The notes beneath the pieces were generated by a model. It did no database searches. It saw only the letters and a program-made list of their open reading frames with translations, and was not told the origin of the DNA. 64,000 nucleotides of DNA from Catajapyx aquilonaris (Eukaryota), in NCBI GenBank assembly GCA_000934665.2, contig KZ538595.1, positions 1-64,000 of the forward strand. Reading direction: 5' to 3'. Below, one piece after another: positions 50,601-62,402 of the stretch. A program made the position numbers and the translations under genes. Every line of letters starts with the position of its first letter. The stretch's first letter is position 1.

Positions 50601-50759
50601 TCTGGCGTTGCTGCTGGCCCCCCTTTTATTGGCTGCTCCTGGCTGATAGTGCTGCCCACCACCAGATGATGATGGAGGAGGCCTATTATTATTCTGCCCC
50701 TTATTATTATTATTTGCAGCTCCTCCTCTCTTATTGTTTGGGTCTGACTTGGCCGGCAT
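44629..50759 (-). CDS. CCCH zinc finger-WWE-PARP protein (PARP12/ZAP/TIPARP-like mono-ADP-ribosyltransferase)
   Basis: Phase-compatible exons from ATG 50759; 49067-48266 (His/Pro/Tyr-rich); 47392-47270 (CCCH fingers); further exons with LCHSF..C..C..H, WWE-like segments (WRWY..WEMY, WEF..WVEF) and catalytic LYHG..YGYGMYFS..VLQCKVLIG..YDTTVD..FVKF..YPEYVI. Confidence 0.85.
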
Positions 50760-51104
50760 TCTCACTAGTTACTTTTCCTGCTTATTATTATTTTGCTCTT
50801 CTTCTCGTGGCAGCCTGTACAGGAGAAGGAAGCGGCACTGTCAGCAACGTATAAAGTCACACTGTGAGTCATCAGGCAAAAGAGATAGTCCTTTATACTT
50901 GCGGAGAGAGTGTGTTGTTTGCCAAGTGATGCAGCAATCAGGCCACTGAGATAAGGAAGGCCCCCTCAAACGAGAGGAGGAAACGACCGCCCTTCTATAT
51001 AAACAAACCTGGTCAATCGTCTGCTGCCTCTTCTTCTTGACGAGCCTCTCTTTCTATCTGCTGCTCTTTTTTTTTTTTTTAAATCATGCAACGCACCTTG
51101 GTCG

Positions 51105-51170
51105 GAGCCTTCCCATTGGTCCTCCCGCGCATTGGGACCCAACATGGCCTCCCTCCCCTCTACGACACTC
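51105..51170. promoter_or_regulatory. ~65-bp module upstream of the PARP gene, shared with 60471-60536
   Basis: GAGCCTTCCCATTGGTCCTCCCGCGCATTGGGACCCAACA..CTACGACACTC; contains CCAAT boxes on the minus strand. Confidence 0.45.
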
Positions 51171-51613
51171 GCTCTGAGGGGATTCCCCGCTCCGAATGCC
51201 TCTCTCCGTTTGCACTCAAACTCGCCTGAAACTCATTTCCAGATTAGATTAGAGTTTAGAGCTCATCAGGCAACTTTTCATTTTCCTGATTATAATTATT
51301 ATTATTGTTGGGATTGCAGGTGCTGCCATCTGGACTGCCTGGATGAAATGCCAGCTACCGTATCCCCCGCGCAGATACGGTTGAGCAACAGGTGTATATG
51401 ATACACGTCCTCATCATTCCTCCTCACTCACCACGATCAAAAATCCGTCGCAGCGCACGTTCATGGACATTAGTCATGAAAGAAAGCGTCCCTTATTCTT
51501 ATGACCAGGCCGTCACTCCGGCAATCCTGCAAAAGGTGCCTCATGTCATTTGAACCATATCGCATATTATTATTCCTATACCTGCTTTATTGCTGTCTAA
51601 TTAAAATCATTAA

Positions 51614-51860
51614 CTAGGAAAACCCTCGCGTCGCTCACATTTTTCTATGGCGCAGGCCAAGAAAACCACTCGCTTCGCTCGCCTTTTTGTAGGCCTGCGG
51701 TGTAGGGCATGTTGTTAATGATGCGCTGAACGGGGGCCAATCGGAGAGGTGGTGGTAACAATGGACGGGGGCCAATAGGAAGAGGTGGCGGCAACTATGG
51801 GGGGGGGGCGGACCAATCAGAGGACTCATACACACAACGCAAGCATTTTAATATTGTAGG
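51614..51860 (-). mobile_element. Possible short non-autonomous Helitron-like (Lep1/HINE-like) element
   Basis: Minus strand begins CCTACAATATTAAAATGC and ends GC-rich GAGCGACGCGAGGGTTTTCCTAG followed by T; short internal imperfect repeats (GGGGCCAAT..GAGGTGG). Pattern recognition only. Confidence 0.4.
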
Positions 51861-52463
51861 TAAGGTTTAGAAGAAAAATTCCCCTTTATATTTATACACT
51901 CATCCTAATAAAGGTCCTCGGGAGAAGAATGTCTGTAGACACATTGAAGGTGTATATTTCTGGCTGTGTTTCCAAGTACATTACACTTAAATGTAATCTC
52001 ACAACTATTTTTACATGCTTGAATAATACCCTGTGTAACGACTGGTCAGTTCCAGTTGGGCCACCGCCACACCTGCAATTCAGCACAATTATTATATCTT
52101 CCTATTAACAACTTTGCATAATATCATCAGCATTCAAGTGAAACACAGTATATTCAAAAAAATTAGTTTGGAGATCAACCAGAGCAAAAAAAAACATTGA
52201 ATGCATCGTTTTATTAACAACACTTTTTTTACACTATAAAAATACTGCCATGAGAATATGCAGCATGAAACAGGTTGAAACAGCTCACGTGTTTATTAGG
52301 TTGGCAAGTGGCATTGGGATGGTAATTATGTTGGGTTACATGAAAATTTGGAGAGTAACAATAATGGATCCCACTGCGTGATATAGTGTGACTGAAAGCT
52401 AATAAGATATAGTGCTTCTGCTTGACACACATAAACTGGATGGCACACAAAGCCTCCACCATC

Positions 52464-55353
52464 TTACACTGAAAAGAAAAGGTTTGGAACCAGTTGATTG
52501 GTATGATCAGCGATATCAATAAATTCGATCTCAAGGTCTTCACATGTGAATTTCTCTAAGCAATGTGAAGATGTCGATATGAGTGATTTCTGGCCATTAT
52601 CCTGCATGGTGACCTGAATGTGGCATTCTGACCCTTCTTTTAATTTTAAGGGACTGTCAAATGTGATCTTGAATGGTGAGCGCAGTATGTTTCCAGGGCA
52701 AGGAAACACGGTGTCACCAGACTTCCTGTCTTGAACAATGCAGATTAGCTGAAATGATTTGATTTCAAACGGTCCGCATCCCCAGATGTCATATTCTCCG
52801 TAGTATTCAGTGACCTGAAAGCCTGTAAACAAGCAGCTTGAAGGGCACTTGACTACTCTGAACTTGAGCCCAAATGGTGAGTACTGAACCCTAGTCATCG
52901 CCATGTTAACGCTTCGACAGCAGGTGATCTGCCTCATAGGACCTCCTGGAACCCTCGCCGCTTCCTTTTCTTTGGTGGGGGAGATATTCATTCGTGCGAT
53001 CACACCACCCATCAGCTGGATCAGCTCTCTGTTACTCAGTACTCCCGACAGCATGACATTTTGGCTCAATTCTTCCGAAGTCAGACCCTCATATTTGATG
53101 TGTGGTTTGAAAAGGCCAAACCTCTGTTGCACAGTCTCATCATCCGACTTTCCACTGCCCTTGGCCCTACGGAAATGACCAGACCCATTCAGTTCTAAAT
53201 GCATGGACATACTCAAGTGACTGCACTGGCCACACTTACCACTTTGCTGCAGCATTGAAAATGGCAATATTTGAGGCTTTCAGGTGTGGGCTGGTTATGA
53301 TCTTCAGAGCCAAATCCTCAGACAGCTCAGAAAACTCATCCTTTTGCATCACATGCTCAGCATGCTGTCCAATCACCTTTGGAAAAAGCGACTGCTATAC
53401 AAAATGCAATATTGATTTTCTCACACTGCACATCAGGAGCTTCAATATCACTTTCGTGGCTATTGGGGAAGTAGCCATTTGAAATAATTTTGCACAATAT
53501 TACAATGTTATTCAAGTCCTCTGATTATATTGGCTATTGAGTGGTTCTTTCTTATTTTCAGGTAGGGATTACTGATTAATCAACAAATACTCAGCAGTCA
53601 GTGCACACCTTGGGGACCATGAAAAGTACAAAATAATACTTACTTGGAAGCACGGAAGCTGCAGCTCCTCATCACCGTAGAGAGCAGCCTTCATCAGACA
53701 GTCAAGGGCATTGTCAGGTGTTAACCCATTGACGAGGTACTGTAATTTTTAAACCACCAACTTAAATATTCACACATATAACTACTAACATAAAGGCCAT
53801 TTCACAAAAAAAATGTCGCGCGGCAAACGGCGCGACTTGCGGCAAATTTTTATTTACATTTATTGTTGCCAATTGTTGGCAACAATAAAATTTGCCGCAA
53901 GTCACGCCGTTTGCCGCGCGACATTTTTTTTGTGAAATGGCCTTAACAATGCTTAATGCATGTAGCAGTTATCACAAAAATGAATGCTTTCAGAAATTGA
54001 AACTTCTAGAGGCAATAACTGCAGTGTCAGTGCCATCCTACCACAAAAAAGGCACATCTGCACATTGCAAAAAAATGGCCATATTTTCTATCTAGTTGTC
54101 TGGCACGAGTGACCTTCTCCCAGTGCGCAGATGTGCCTTTATCCAATAGCACTGGACTCACACGGTAAAAGTCTCACCCTACCTCTCTCGTCTTGTCAGC
54201 CAGGTGTTTGATCTGAAGTTTCCGAGCCAGCTTCCACACATCCCAAGCTTCGGCCAGGGAGGACAACATCAGCTCGTCTTTGTAGATGTAGTCCAGAAGT
54301 TTCTGGAACACTCCAGGACTAGTGTATGGAATCTTCATGGTGATTGGTCCTGGTTCTTCACACACCTTAGCCTCCAGGACAGAACTGGACATGGCCAAAA
54401 TCAACTTGTGGGCCTGGTAAAAACGCATTATTTGTCACATGTTGACTAGGCTGATTTTACACTAATAACTTTAGCGACAAAAATTTTATCATTTCCATCT
54501 CATGGCCTGTTGTTCATTTGTAACAAGTAGTACAAGAGCGAGGAATTATTTTTAAAAAATTGCAACATGGTTCCGTTGTCATGAAAATGCTTCATCAGGT
54601 CAAAAGTAGCACTAATGAAATGGGACCCAGTTTAAAAATGGATTGGATTGATAGCACTTCTAGTGGTGCAAGAACAGCTTCGGTAGCCACGCTGCACCAG
54701 ACAAAATCCAGGTTGGACGCCCACTCTGTTTGCACACTTATGCTTAGATCCAAATAACTTTGTCCTGCATGTATAGTGAGAGACACAATAAATATTCTTT
54801 CAATCCTTATCAAACTTGTATTTGGTATAATCTTATCTGACAAGTGATTTTCCTGGTATGTGATTCACAATAAGATGGCTCTTGCATTATGTTGAAAACC
54901 CACAAGGTTATTTATATCACATTTAATTCATAATAGACTGAGCATATCCCAATGGTTCAAACTGGTCACCACATTTAAAATTACTGATGCTAATGGTCAA
55001 AAGTCTTCATGAGAAACTTTTCTTGTTCTAAGATGTTGTAGTGGGCCTTTCAGATTCGCAGTATCCTTTTCAGGCAAATGCGTAACAAAAATGCAATAAT
55101 AATTAGACGGCATGTGAGAGTCCTGCATGTAGCCTACCAGAAAGGTGACGAAGCCCTCTTGTCCTTGAACAATGATGGTGGCATCGCCCAGAGCCCCAGA
55201 TTTCAAGATGGAGGCAGCTCTCTCCTTCAGGGAAGTGGTGCTCTCCTGCCACCCTGCCGGATTACCACCTCCACTTGTCCAGTCCTGCTGTGCACTAGCA
55301 CCAGCCCCTTCAGACTGTGCGGCTGAACTCTCTCCTGCCATGGGGCGGGTCAT
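52464..55353 (-). CDS. BTB-BACK-PHR-like protein, copy 2
   Basis: Same five-exon layout as copy 1: GDATIIV..TFL|AHKLILAMSSSVL..YIYKDE|YLVNGLTPDNAL|..FSELSEDLALKII..W|..FDSPLKLKEGSE..LVPNLFF. Confidence 0.85.
53794..53943. mobile_element. 150-bp near-palindromic MITE, PIF/Harbinger-like, intronic in BTB copy 2
   Basis: TIRs of about 55 bp (AGGCCATTTCACAAAAAAAATGTCGCGCGGCAAACGGCG..) with one mismatch, a palindromic core and TAA duplications at 53791-53793 and 53944-53946. Confidence 0.85.
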
Positions 55354-56548
55354 CTTCTCAATTTACTCAAGTGCGCTGCAATACCTGCTTCATAAAAATA
55401 CTGTAGTCATGCAGATGCCCCGAGTCACCCCCAATGCTGCCAAACAAAGGAACAAACCACAACTGATGGCGCACGGGAAAATGTCTCTCAGATATCCTGA
55501 TAACATGCAGTGAGATAAGATAGTCGTTGGACTCTTTCATTTTTAAACAGTCACATGAGTTCCAGTCACTTTATTCTTAACTGAAACAGGTACAGCCTAC
55601 ATATTATAATAAAGAGAGAATGGTCAGTTCCATCAACAGTGCTTGGGCAGTACACAGGCCATTTTAGATGCTTCATCTCAATTTTTGCTTTCCATCCACA
55701 AACCATAAATTTTCTACGAGCAGTTGACTTACACGCAGCCGAACCCCAAACAGACGGGACTCGCCATTCTCAAAAAGAAGGATCATTTTCACTTGAAATT
55801 GGCTTGGCTCTTCCAAGAATGTGTACACACTCAGAAGAGCAAAATTGTATGAAGAAAATAATTTAAGCGTGTAAATGACGTGGACAAATGCAAAAGTGTC
55901 ACGTTATGAAAATGGGTTGCATTACTGGTACCTGTAGACGTGCTTAATTTCTTAACAAAGTACCTCCCTTTATAAGCAGGGTATAAAACTATTACAGTAT
56001 TGCTGCTCATGTGTAGATTACAAATCAGTTGTCAGATGACTTTCAAACACACGGCTATCACATGCGTTTCACTTCACCATCCAAGCTTCTAACATGGGGT
56101 GGTTGGATACAAGGGAATGTGCTGGAGAAAATGGGTGGGTTTTGCCCTCAATTACATCAATGTGGAAATATGGTACTTATATTATATTACAAAATGGCAC
56201 ATAAATGTTGAACACGTATTACAAACCTATACCCGTATATATATATCCAACAGTAAACGGAGTCCTCTGTCAAAAAGTGTACATGAAATTGCAAGACTTC
56301 ACCTTACACACTTTTACAGAGCTCATTAGAGTAACTACAGTATCTAGAAATTCTAATGGGCAAGATTCGACCATCAGATAGCAATTCACCTACGCCCAAC
56401 ATGCATCCAAGAGATTCCCCATTTTACTTGGTAGTATGCTTCTTCTTTTTCGAGCGACATGATCTAATGTGGCCTTTGCAACCATAAGAACAGGGCAGGA
56501 GGACATTGCTGTTGACACGACAGAAAAGAGTTCCAAGTACTTGGCACA

Positions 56549-59500
56549 TTATCGCACAAAGTACAAGTTTGGCACTAGTTGCTGGGAACTGGACATGTTG
56601 CTGAATTCAACTTCAAGGCCATTGAATGACACTTTCTCAATGCACTGTGGAAAGGTTGAAATAGTTGTTCTGTCCCCATAGATGCGCGTCAAGGTGACTT
56701 CAATGCAGTACTCAGATCCTGCCTTCACCCTGATTGGAGTGTCAAACATCACTTTGTATGGAGCATCCAGTTGATTGTCAGCGCAAGTGAACAAAACCCT
56801 CTGCCAGGACCCATGATCTTTTACTACACAACTAAGCGATACTCTACTGTTATGACGCCCGTAATAGGAATCCCACGAATCACAATAATCAGTGACTTGT
56901 ATTCCCGTGAAAGAGCAAAATGGAGGAGTCTCAACTTTGAAGTTGAAATTAAAGTTGTGAGAGGCCTCAATGTTTGTCTTCACCATGTTGAGAGAGCGGC
57001 AACAAGTCACTTCCCTCACTTTCCTCCTGGTTTCACTCTCAGTTTCCTTGGCAATCTGCATCTTGGCAATCATCCTGAGCAGATGTGTCGTCAGTTCTTC
57101 ATGGCTCACCAGCCTTGTGGGCATCACCACGTTGCTCAGTTCACTTGCTGTCATGGCATCATATTCGAGGTGCGGTTGAAAAGGGGAAAACACCTCCTGG
57201 ATGGAATCCTCTCTGGGTGCATTTCTCTTAGCCCTAAGAATAAGAGGACTTCACATGAAACGCAACTGATTCAATCAAGTGCAATTTGTACAGGAACTTA
57301 CCATTTGTAGGCGGCGCTAAATATGGTAACTTCCTTGGCCTCAAGTTGAGAAGTGGCAATTATCTTCAAGGCCACATCTTTAGGGAGGGCAGGAAATTCT
57401 TCATCCTGCAGCACATTCTCAGCATGCTTCTCAATCATCTGGTAAGAATATGACAATGTCAAACCCTTACTTAAAACTTCAACACAGACACTAGCAGTGG
57501 CTCGAGTGGGTCGCAGTGCCAGAAGGACGCAGTACGTATCCCAATCTGATACAACTTTCAGGACAGGAAGTTGAAGTTTCACAGCCGAAGCATTCTTCGC
57601 CACTTATTTCTGTCAATCATAGGGAGTTTTGCTATCTATTTTTCCCCATGGCTTGTGCCCAATGATCACTTCAGGCTGTGATGTTTTGTATCATGGGGTT
57701 GAAAATATGTCTTGCACCACAACACACATGTTTGTGCAAGGCAAAATTGAGTATCCCAGTCTCTATGAACTTTTTTACCTTGATGATATGCTACGGTATA
57801 TTATATGTTTTGGGTGCAAAAGTTGAGTTTTGAACACTGGTTAGGATACACCTACTGTCTCTTATTCCACCAACCTACTGGATTTATTGGCACACCATTG
57901 CACCCAACCAACCCGTGCCTCTCTCTGTCCAACAGCTGGTTTATTTTATCCTTGGGCCATGAACAGGAACAAAGTATTTTCCAGGAGTGACATGTTCGCT
58001 TGGACCCACGATTTGTCTCTGGCATGCAAGGTGGGTGGCAGAGAGAAAGTGCAAGGAAGGAGGAGAGATAGGAGGTGGTGGCGGAGAAAAGTATGTGATT
58101 CCTCATGTGCTGGGTGGTGGGAGGGGTAGGAATAATATCATAATACTGTTGTGTCATGTTTTCATACCAGGATATTCCATTGGAAGTGAATGCCATTTGA
58201 ACGTGGGAATCTACATGGAAGTGTGTGCCAGAATGGATGGGCTTATCATGGGTGGTCTTATGCAACAAGATTGGGCAGCTTGGGGCAGTGCAGTGGCATG
58301 TTGTGACTATTGGTGACCCACTGGCACCAGAGATCGGTAACACATTCCTTGCAACTTAAACTGTCTTGCAGCACTTAAAGGGTTTCTCTTTCACCTATGA
58401 GAAGCTAATTTTTAGGTAGCTTGCAAAAATAACATCTGAAAAGTCCTTGTAACAAACAGACTACAATGAAAAAATTGCTAACTAAAATATACACCATAAT
58501 TATTGGAACATAGGATTTGCTTTGTGTAGTGTATACAAGATTGCAACCTGATACCAGTCGGTGCATCACATGTGACTTACTTCAAGGCACTTCGCTTCCA
58601 GCTCATCGTCATTGTAGAACACCGCCTTCTCTAGTGACTCCAGCACATTTTCAGCTGAGATATTGGTGGTGATGTGCTGCAATGCACAAAAAAGAAAGTG
58701 TTAAATTGTACCTGAAGCACATTTCCCAATTTACTTGGTCAAGCTACATTGTCACGTGAACACACGTATACCTCTCTGGTCTTGTCAGCCAGGTGCTTCA
58801 TCTTGAACCTCTGAGCCAACTTCCACAAATCCCATGTGTCTGCCATGGAATCAAACTTGAGCTCCTCCTTGTAGATGTAGAGAAGCAAATTCCGGAAAAC
58901 CCTTGGACTGGTGTCCGGAATCTTCAGAGGTTGAGATGACTCTTTGTAAAGCATTCCTGCCAGAACAGAGCTGGACATGGCCAGGATGACCTTGTGAATC
59001 TGCAACAAATCATCCAAAACAGCCATGAGAAGCCATTTTAATGGGAGGATATGACGACAATTGGCATAGCTCTAAGTAAGTGGTAGAGGTGGTAGGGGAC
59101 TTCAGTTTTAACACTAGACAAGTCACCAATCTGCCTTCCCTATTTTATTGGCCGAAGTGTTGTCAAACTAGGAATCTGACAATGTGTAGAATTTATTGCA
59201 AAACCCAGTAAATCACATCAGAACAACTGATCACATGTGAAATGTCTGTCCACACTTGCATGCCATTGAGTTAGAAATCCCATATTGAGCCGTGCACATA
59301 CCTGAAATGTCTTTTCGTCTCCGTCTGTTCCTCTGACAATGACAGATGAGTCTTCAGGAACTTGGAAGGTGAGCAGTTGCGCAACCCTCTCCGTTATGCT
59401 GTTGGCTTCATTCCATTGGGTCTCACCTGGCAGGTCCAGTTCCAGGGTTGAGTCTACCTGTCGATCAGTGTCAGATGTCCCATTGCTGGCAGCACTCCCA

Positions 59501-59625
59501 TCACGCTGTTCTTCATGGTCACCACTTCCTCTGCCAGTCAACAAGCTGACTCCCATCAGTCCCATGTCACTCCATGGTTCCTCCTCACTTGATATTATTG
59601 ACACACTACTCATCTCATCATCCAT
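56549..59625 (-). CDS. BTB-BACK-PHR-like protein, copy 3
   Basis: Exons MDDEMSS..EKTFQ|IHKVILAMSSSVL..YIYKEE..TRE|HITTNISAENVL..|MIEKHAENVL..AYKW|..FDTPIRVKAGSEY..LVPNLYFVR. Confidence 0.85.
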
Positions 59626-60140
59626 GGTTCAACAGTGTCCCTTGTGCAATTACAGCAGACTGGCTCCTGTGTGGTGGGAAAAAAAGCAAGTCAGAGTCGC
59701 CCATTGCACACCCCCTACGTAGGATCAGTTGATGGAGTACCCTTATATTGTCAGTCTCTCTTGGCCATTGGGCGTCTGTCTCCTCTTCACCCTGTAGCCT
59801 ACTGTACAACTACATATACCATCAGCAGAGTGCCGGTCAGCGCAAAGTGTATTTAATTACCTGCGAGAATAATAAGCCAGGAATAATCTTTCTTCCGTAT
59901 GTAGAGCCGGGATATGTCCACAGCAGCAGCAGCAGCGAGATGAGTGGACGCGAGTTCCCTTATTGCCTCTAGACGAGGAGAATACTACTTGTTGCCGTAG
60001 TGTGAGACTACTACTTGTGCGATGCGGAGAGAAGTAATCAGTCAAAGTAATAATCGAACAGGCTACAACAGAATAAGGCCACACAAACAGACACGGGACA
60101 GAAACCTTCGGCAATATTCTGTGGCTTGAACAAAGAGAGA

Positions 60141-60422
60141 CCCTGGCCTGCCCTGGCCTGCCCTGGCCTGCCCTGGCCTGCCCTGGCCTGCCCTGGCCTG
60201 CCCTGGCCTGCCCTGGCCTGCCCTGGCCTGCCCTGGCCNNNNNNNNNNNNNNNNNNNNNNNNNNNNNNNNNNNNNNNNNNNNNNNNNNNNNNNNNNNNNN
60301 NNNNNNNNNNNNNGCCCTGGCCTGCCCTGGCCTGCCCTGGCCTGCCCTGGCCTGCCCTGGCCTGCCCTGGCCTGCCCTGGCCTGCCCTGGCCTGCCCTGG
60401 CCTGCCCTGGCCTGCCCTGGCC
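60141..60422. repeat. 10-bp minisatellite (CCCTGGCCTG)n spanning an assembly gap
   Basis: Perfect tandem units on both sides of an N run (~60239-60313); true length unknown. Confidence 0.95.
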
Positions 60423-60470
60423 TTCCCGCCAGCCTGCCTGCCCACCACGGAGCATGCGCACAGGCCGAAC

Positions 60471-60536
60471 GAGCCTTCCCATTGGTCCCCCTGCGCACTG
60501 GGACCCCAACACCCTTCCTCCCTAGCTACGCCACTC
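60471..60536. promoter_or_regulatory. ~65-bp module upstream of BTB copy 3, shared with 51105-51170
   Basis: GAGCCTTCCCATTGGTCCCCCTGCGCACTGGGACCCCAACA..CTACGCCACTC. Confidence 0.45.
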
Positions 60537-61526
60537 TTCCCCGTCCATAATGTCTCGGACCTTTTTGGGTTTTCCCTGCATGCACCAGGAATCTATTTAC
60601 TTCGCAAAAACCGGTAAGAACTTACTGAAAGTAGAGGGATTGGAGGCGCACCCTGGTTTTTGCGGCCGATTGCTGGCTGCCGGCTGCAAGTGCTGCCATC
60701 CCAGTCGAAAAACCGAGGGAACATTATTATACCGTATTCCCAGATACGGTTGCGCATCAGGCTGCATAATGTGGTGGACCGTCTTATTAACATCACATTG
60801 CCAATATTTTCGCATGATGGTGCAACATAAAGCTTTTGCAAATAGCAGAGTAACAGTGAAAGCCTTAAGCATGTCTACAAAAACTTTGTTTATTAAAATG
60901 ATACAAAAAAAAACACACACACAACACACCACAGCAATGCCATGAAATCTGGGTGTTGGAGAGTACTTGGCTGCAAAGCATTGTTGAAATTACATATCTG
61001 AATATGCAAGTAACAAACATTTTTTTCTCTAAACGAACCCTTAGCTTATTGAGGAATGGAAGTTACACACTTTTAATCCTCAGCGTAACATCTCAAGTTC
61101 CAACAGCGGAGCTAGTAAATCATTATGGCTTCGACTGTGTGACAAAATGAAAAGCAATTACATAATGCTGAACACCAGCTCCCTGAATAAATATCAAAAT
61201 CCTGCATGATTACTGGCCAAATTTCTCCAACCTTCCCTTTGAGGCATGGTAGAACAGCTCTAGATGATCATTAAGTATTGATATTGTCAGTTTCCACAAT
61301 CTAATTATCCAGATAATTAGCATTCGGGTCTTTTGCCGCTTTCACCTGATGTGTCACTGCATTTGCACTCCCTTCTACAAGACATGCCTAGGGACATTAG
61401 AAAAGTCCAGAGGGTCCAAAATGACTTGAAAACTACCCATGAGCCCCCCTCCCTTGGGAACCTCTCCCCTTTCCCATTTCAGTAAGGTAAAAATAAAAAT
61501 CAAATAATACCACCTGCATATGATAT

Positions 61527-62069
61527 CAGTGCTCTCCGCTTTATTGGTGCCCAGGTTTATCGGGTCCCCGCATTTTTGGACCAAATCGCCAGGACCGGAA
61601 TCAAATCAATGCCATCAATGTAATTTTCCCCCGCATAGCTGGTGATTTCCCCGGTTAGTCAGACCAGTTTGGTTGCTATAATGCTATTCTGTGGCTATTT
61701 TAAGACGATTTTTTAATGCAAGTAGGGCATGACTGTGACTGCACTCTACACCTGCACGGACTTTTGTCAACATGATGTCAAAGACAAGAACTCGACAAGT
61801 GTTAGCCTAGACAATTTTTACAATGGAGTGAGAACTAAAATTACTGTACAGCACAGTACTTTGCACTTTCATGACAGTTGCATGACACAGTCACTTATTT
61901 TAGCCATCGATTTTACCTACACCTGTTGTGCAATAATTTGTGAGGATTAAAGCTGGTACTGCTGCAGTGTACTTTTTTTTGTGTTTTTTCCCCTTGGTTA
62001 ATCAAACCCCCACTTTATTGGGCCAAAATGCCATGGCCCCGATGTGGTCCAAATAAGCGGGGAGCACTG
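61527..62069. mobile_element. ~540-bp non-autonomous Tc1/mariner-pogo (Tigger-like) element
   Basis: Imperfect 21-bp TIRs CAGTGCTCTCCGCTTTATTGG and CCAAATAAGCGGGGAGCACTG. TA follows the right end; the left TSD is not intact. Confidence 0.55.
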
Positions 62070-62402
62070 TACCCCATTGCGGTGAATCACTACTACCCAA
62101 TTATCATAGCATCTTCTATGTTGCAGATACAGCATAAGACAACTTCCATCATCTGGTACATTGCGTGGTACTGTACACCTAATGGGATCATATCCTAAAT
62201 TTAGATTGCATGGTTAATTTAATATAGAAATAACAGTGATGATAATGATGACAATGATGATCAGGCCAGTGTTAAGAATCAATATATTGCTTACAGACAC
62301 CCCAACTAGAATGTGTGTTGTGTGACCAACTTATTCCCTACATTATTTGATCATTTTTGAAGTTAATAAGGGAAAGAGTTTCAAGTATCAGTACTTAGCA
62401 CA

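Noticed and set aside
55595..55870. Helitron-like 5' end (CTACATATTATAATAAAGAGAGAA)
   Set aside because: No matching 3' hairpin/CTAG end identified; too weak to call.
57852..58343. 163-aa minus-strand ORF
   Set aside because: Lies in an intron of BTB copy 3, starts at a non-ATG codon and shows no motif.
59857..60617. ORFs with GQGRPGQARA / WPALACPGL repeats; possible CRISPR-like array
   Set aside because: Translations of a 10-bp minisatellite across an N gap; no spacers and a eukaryotic context.
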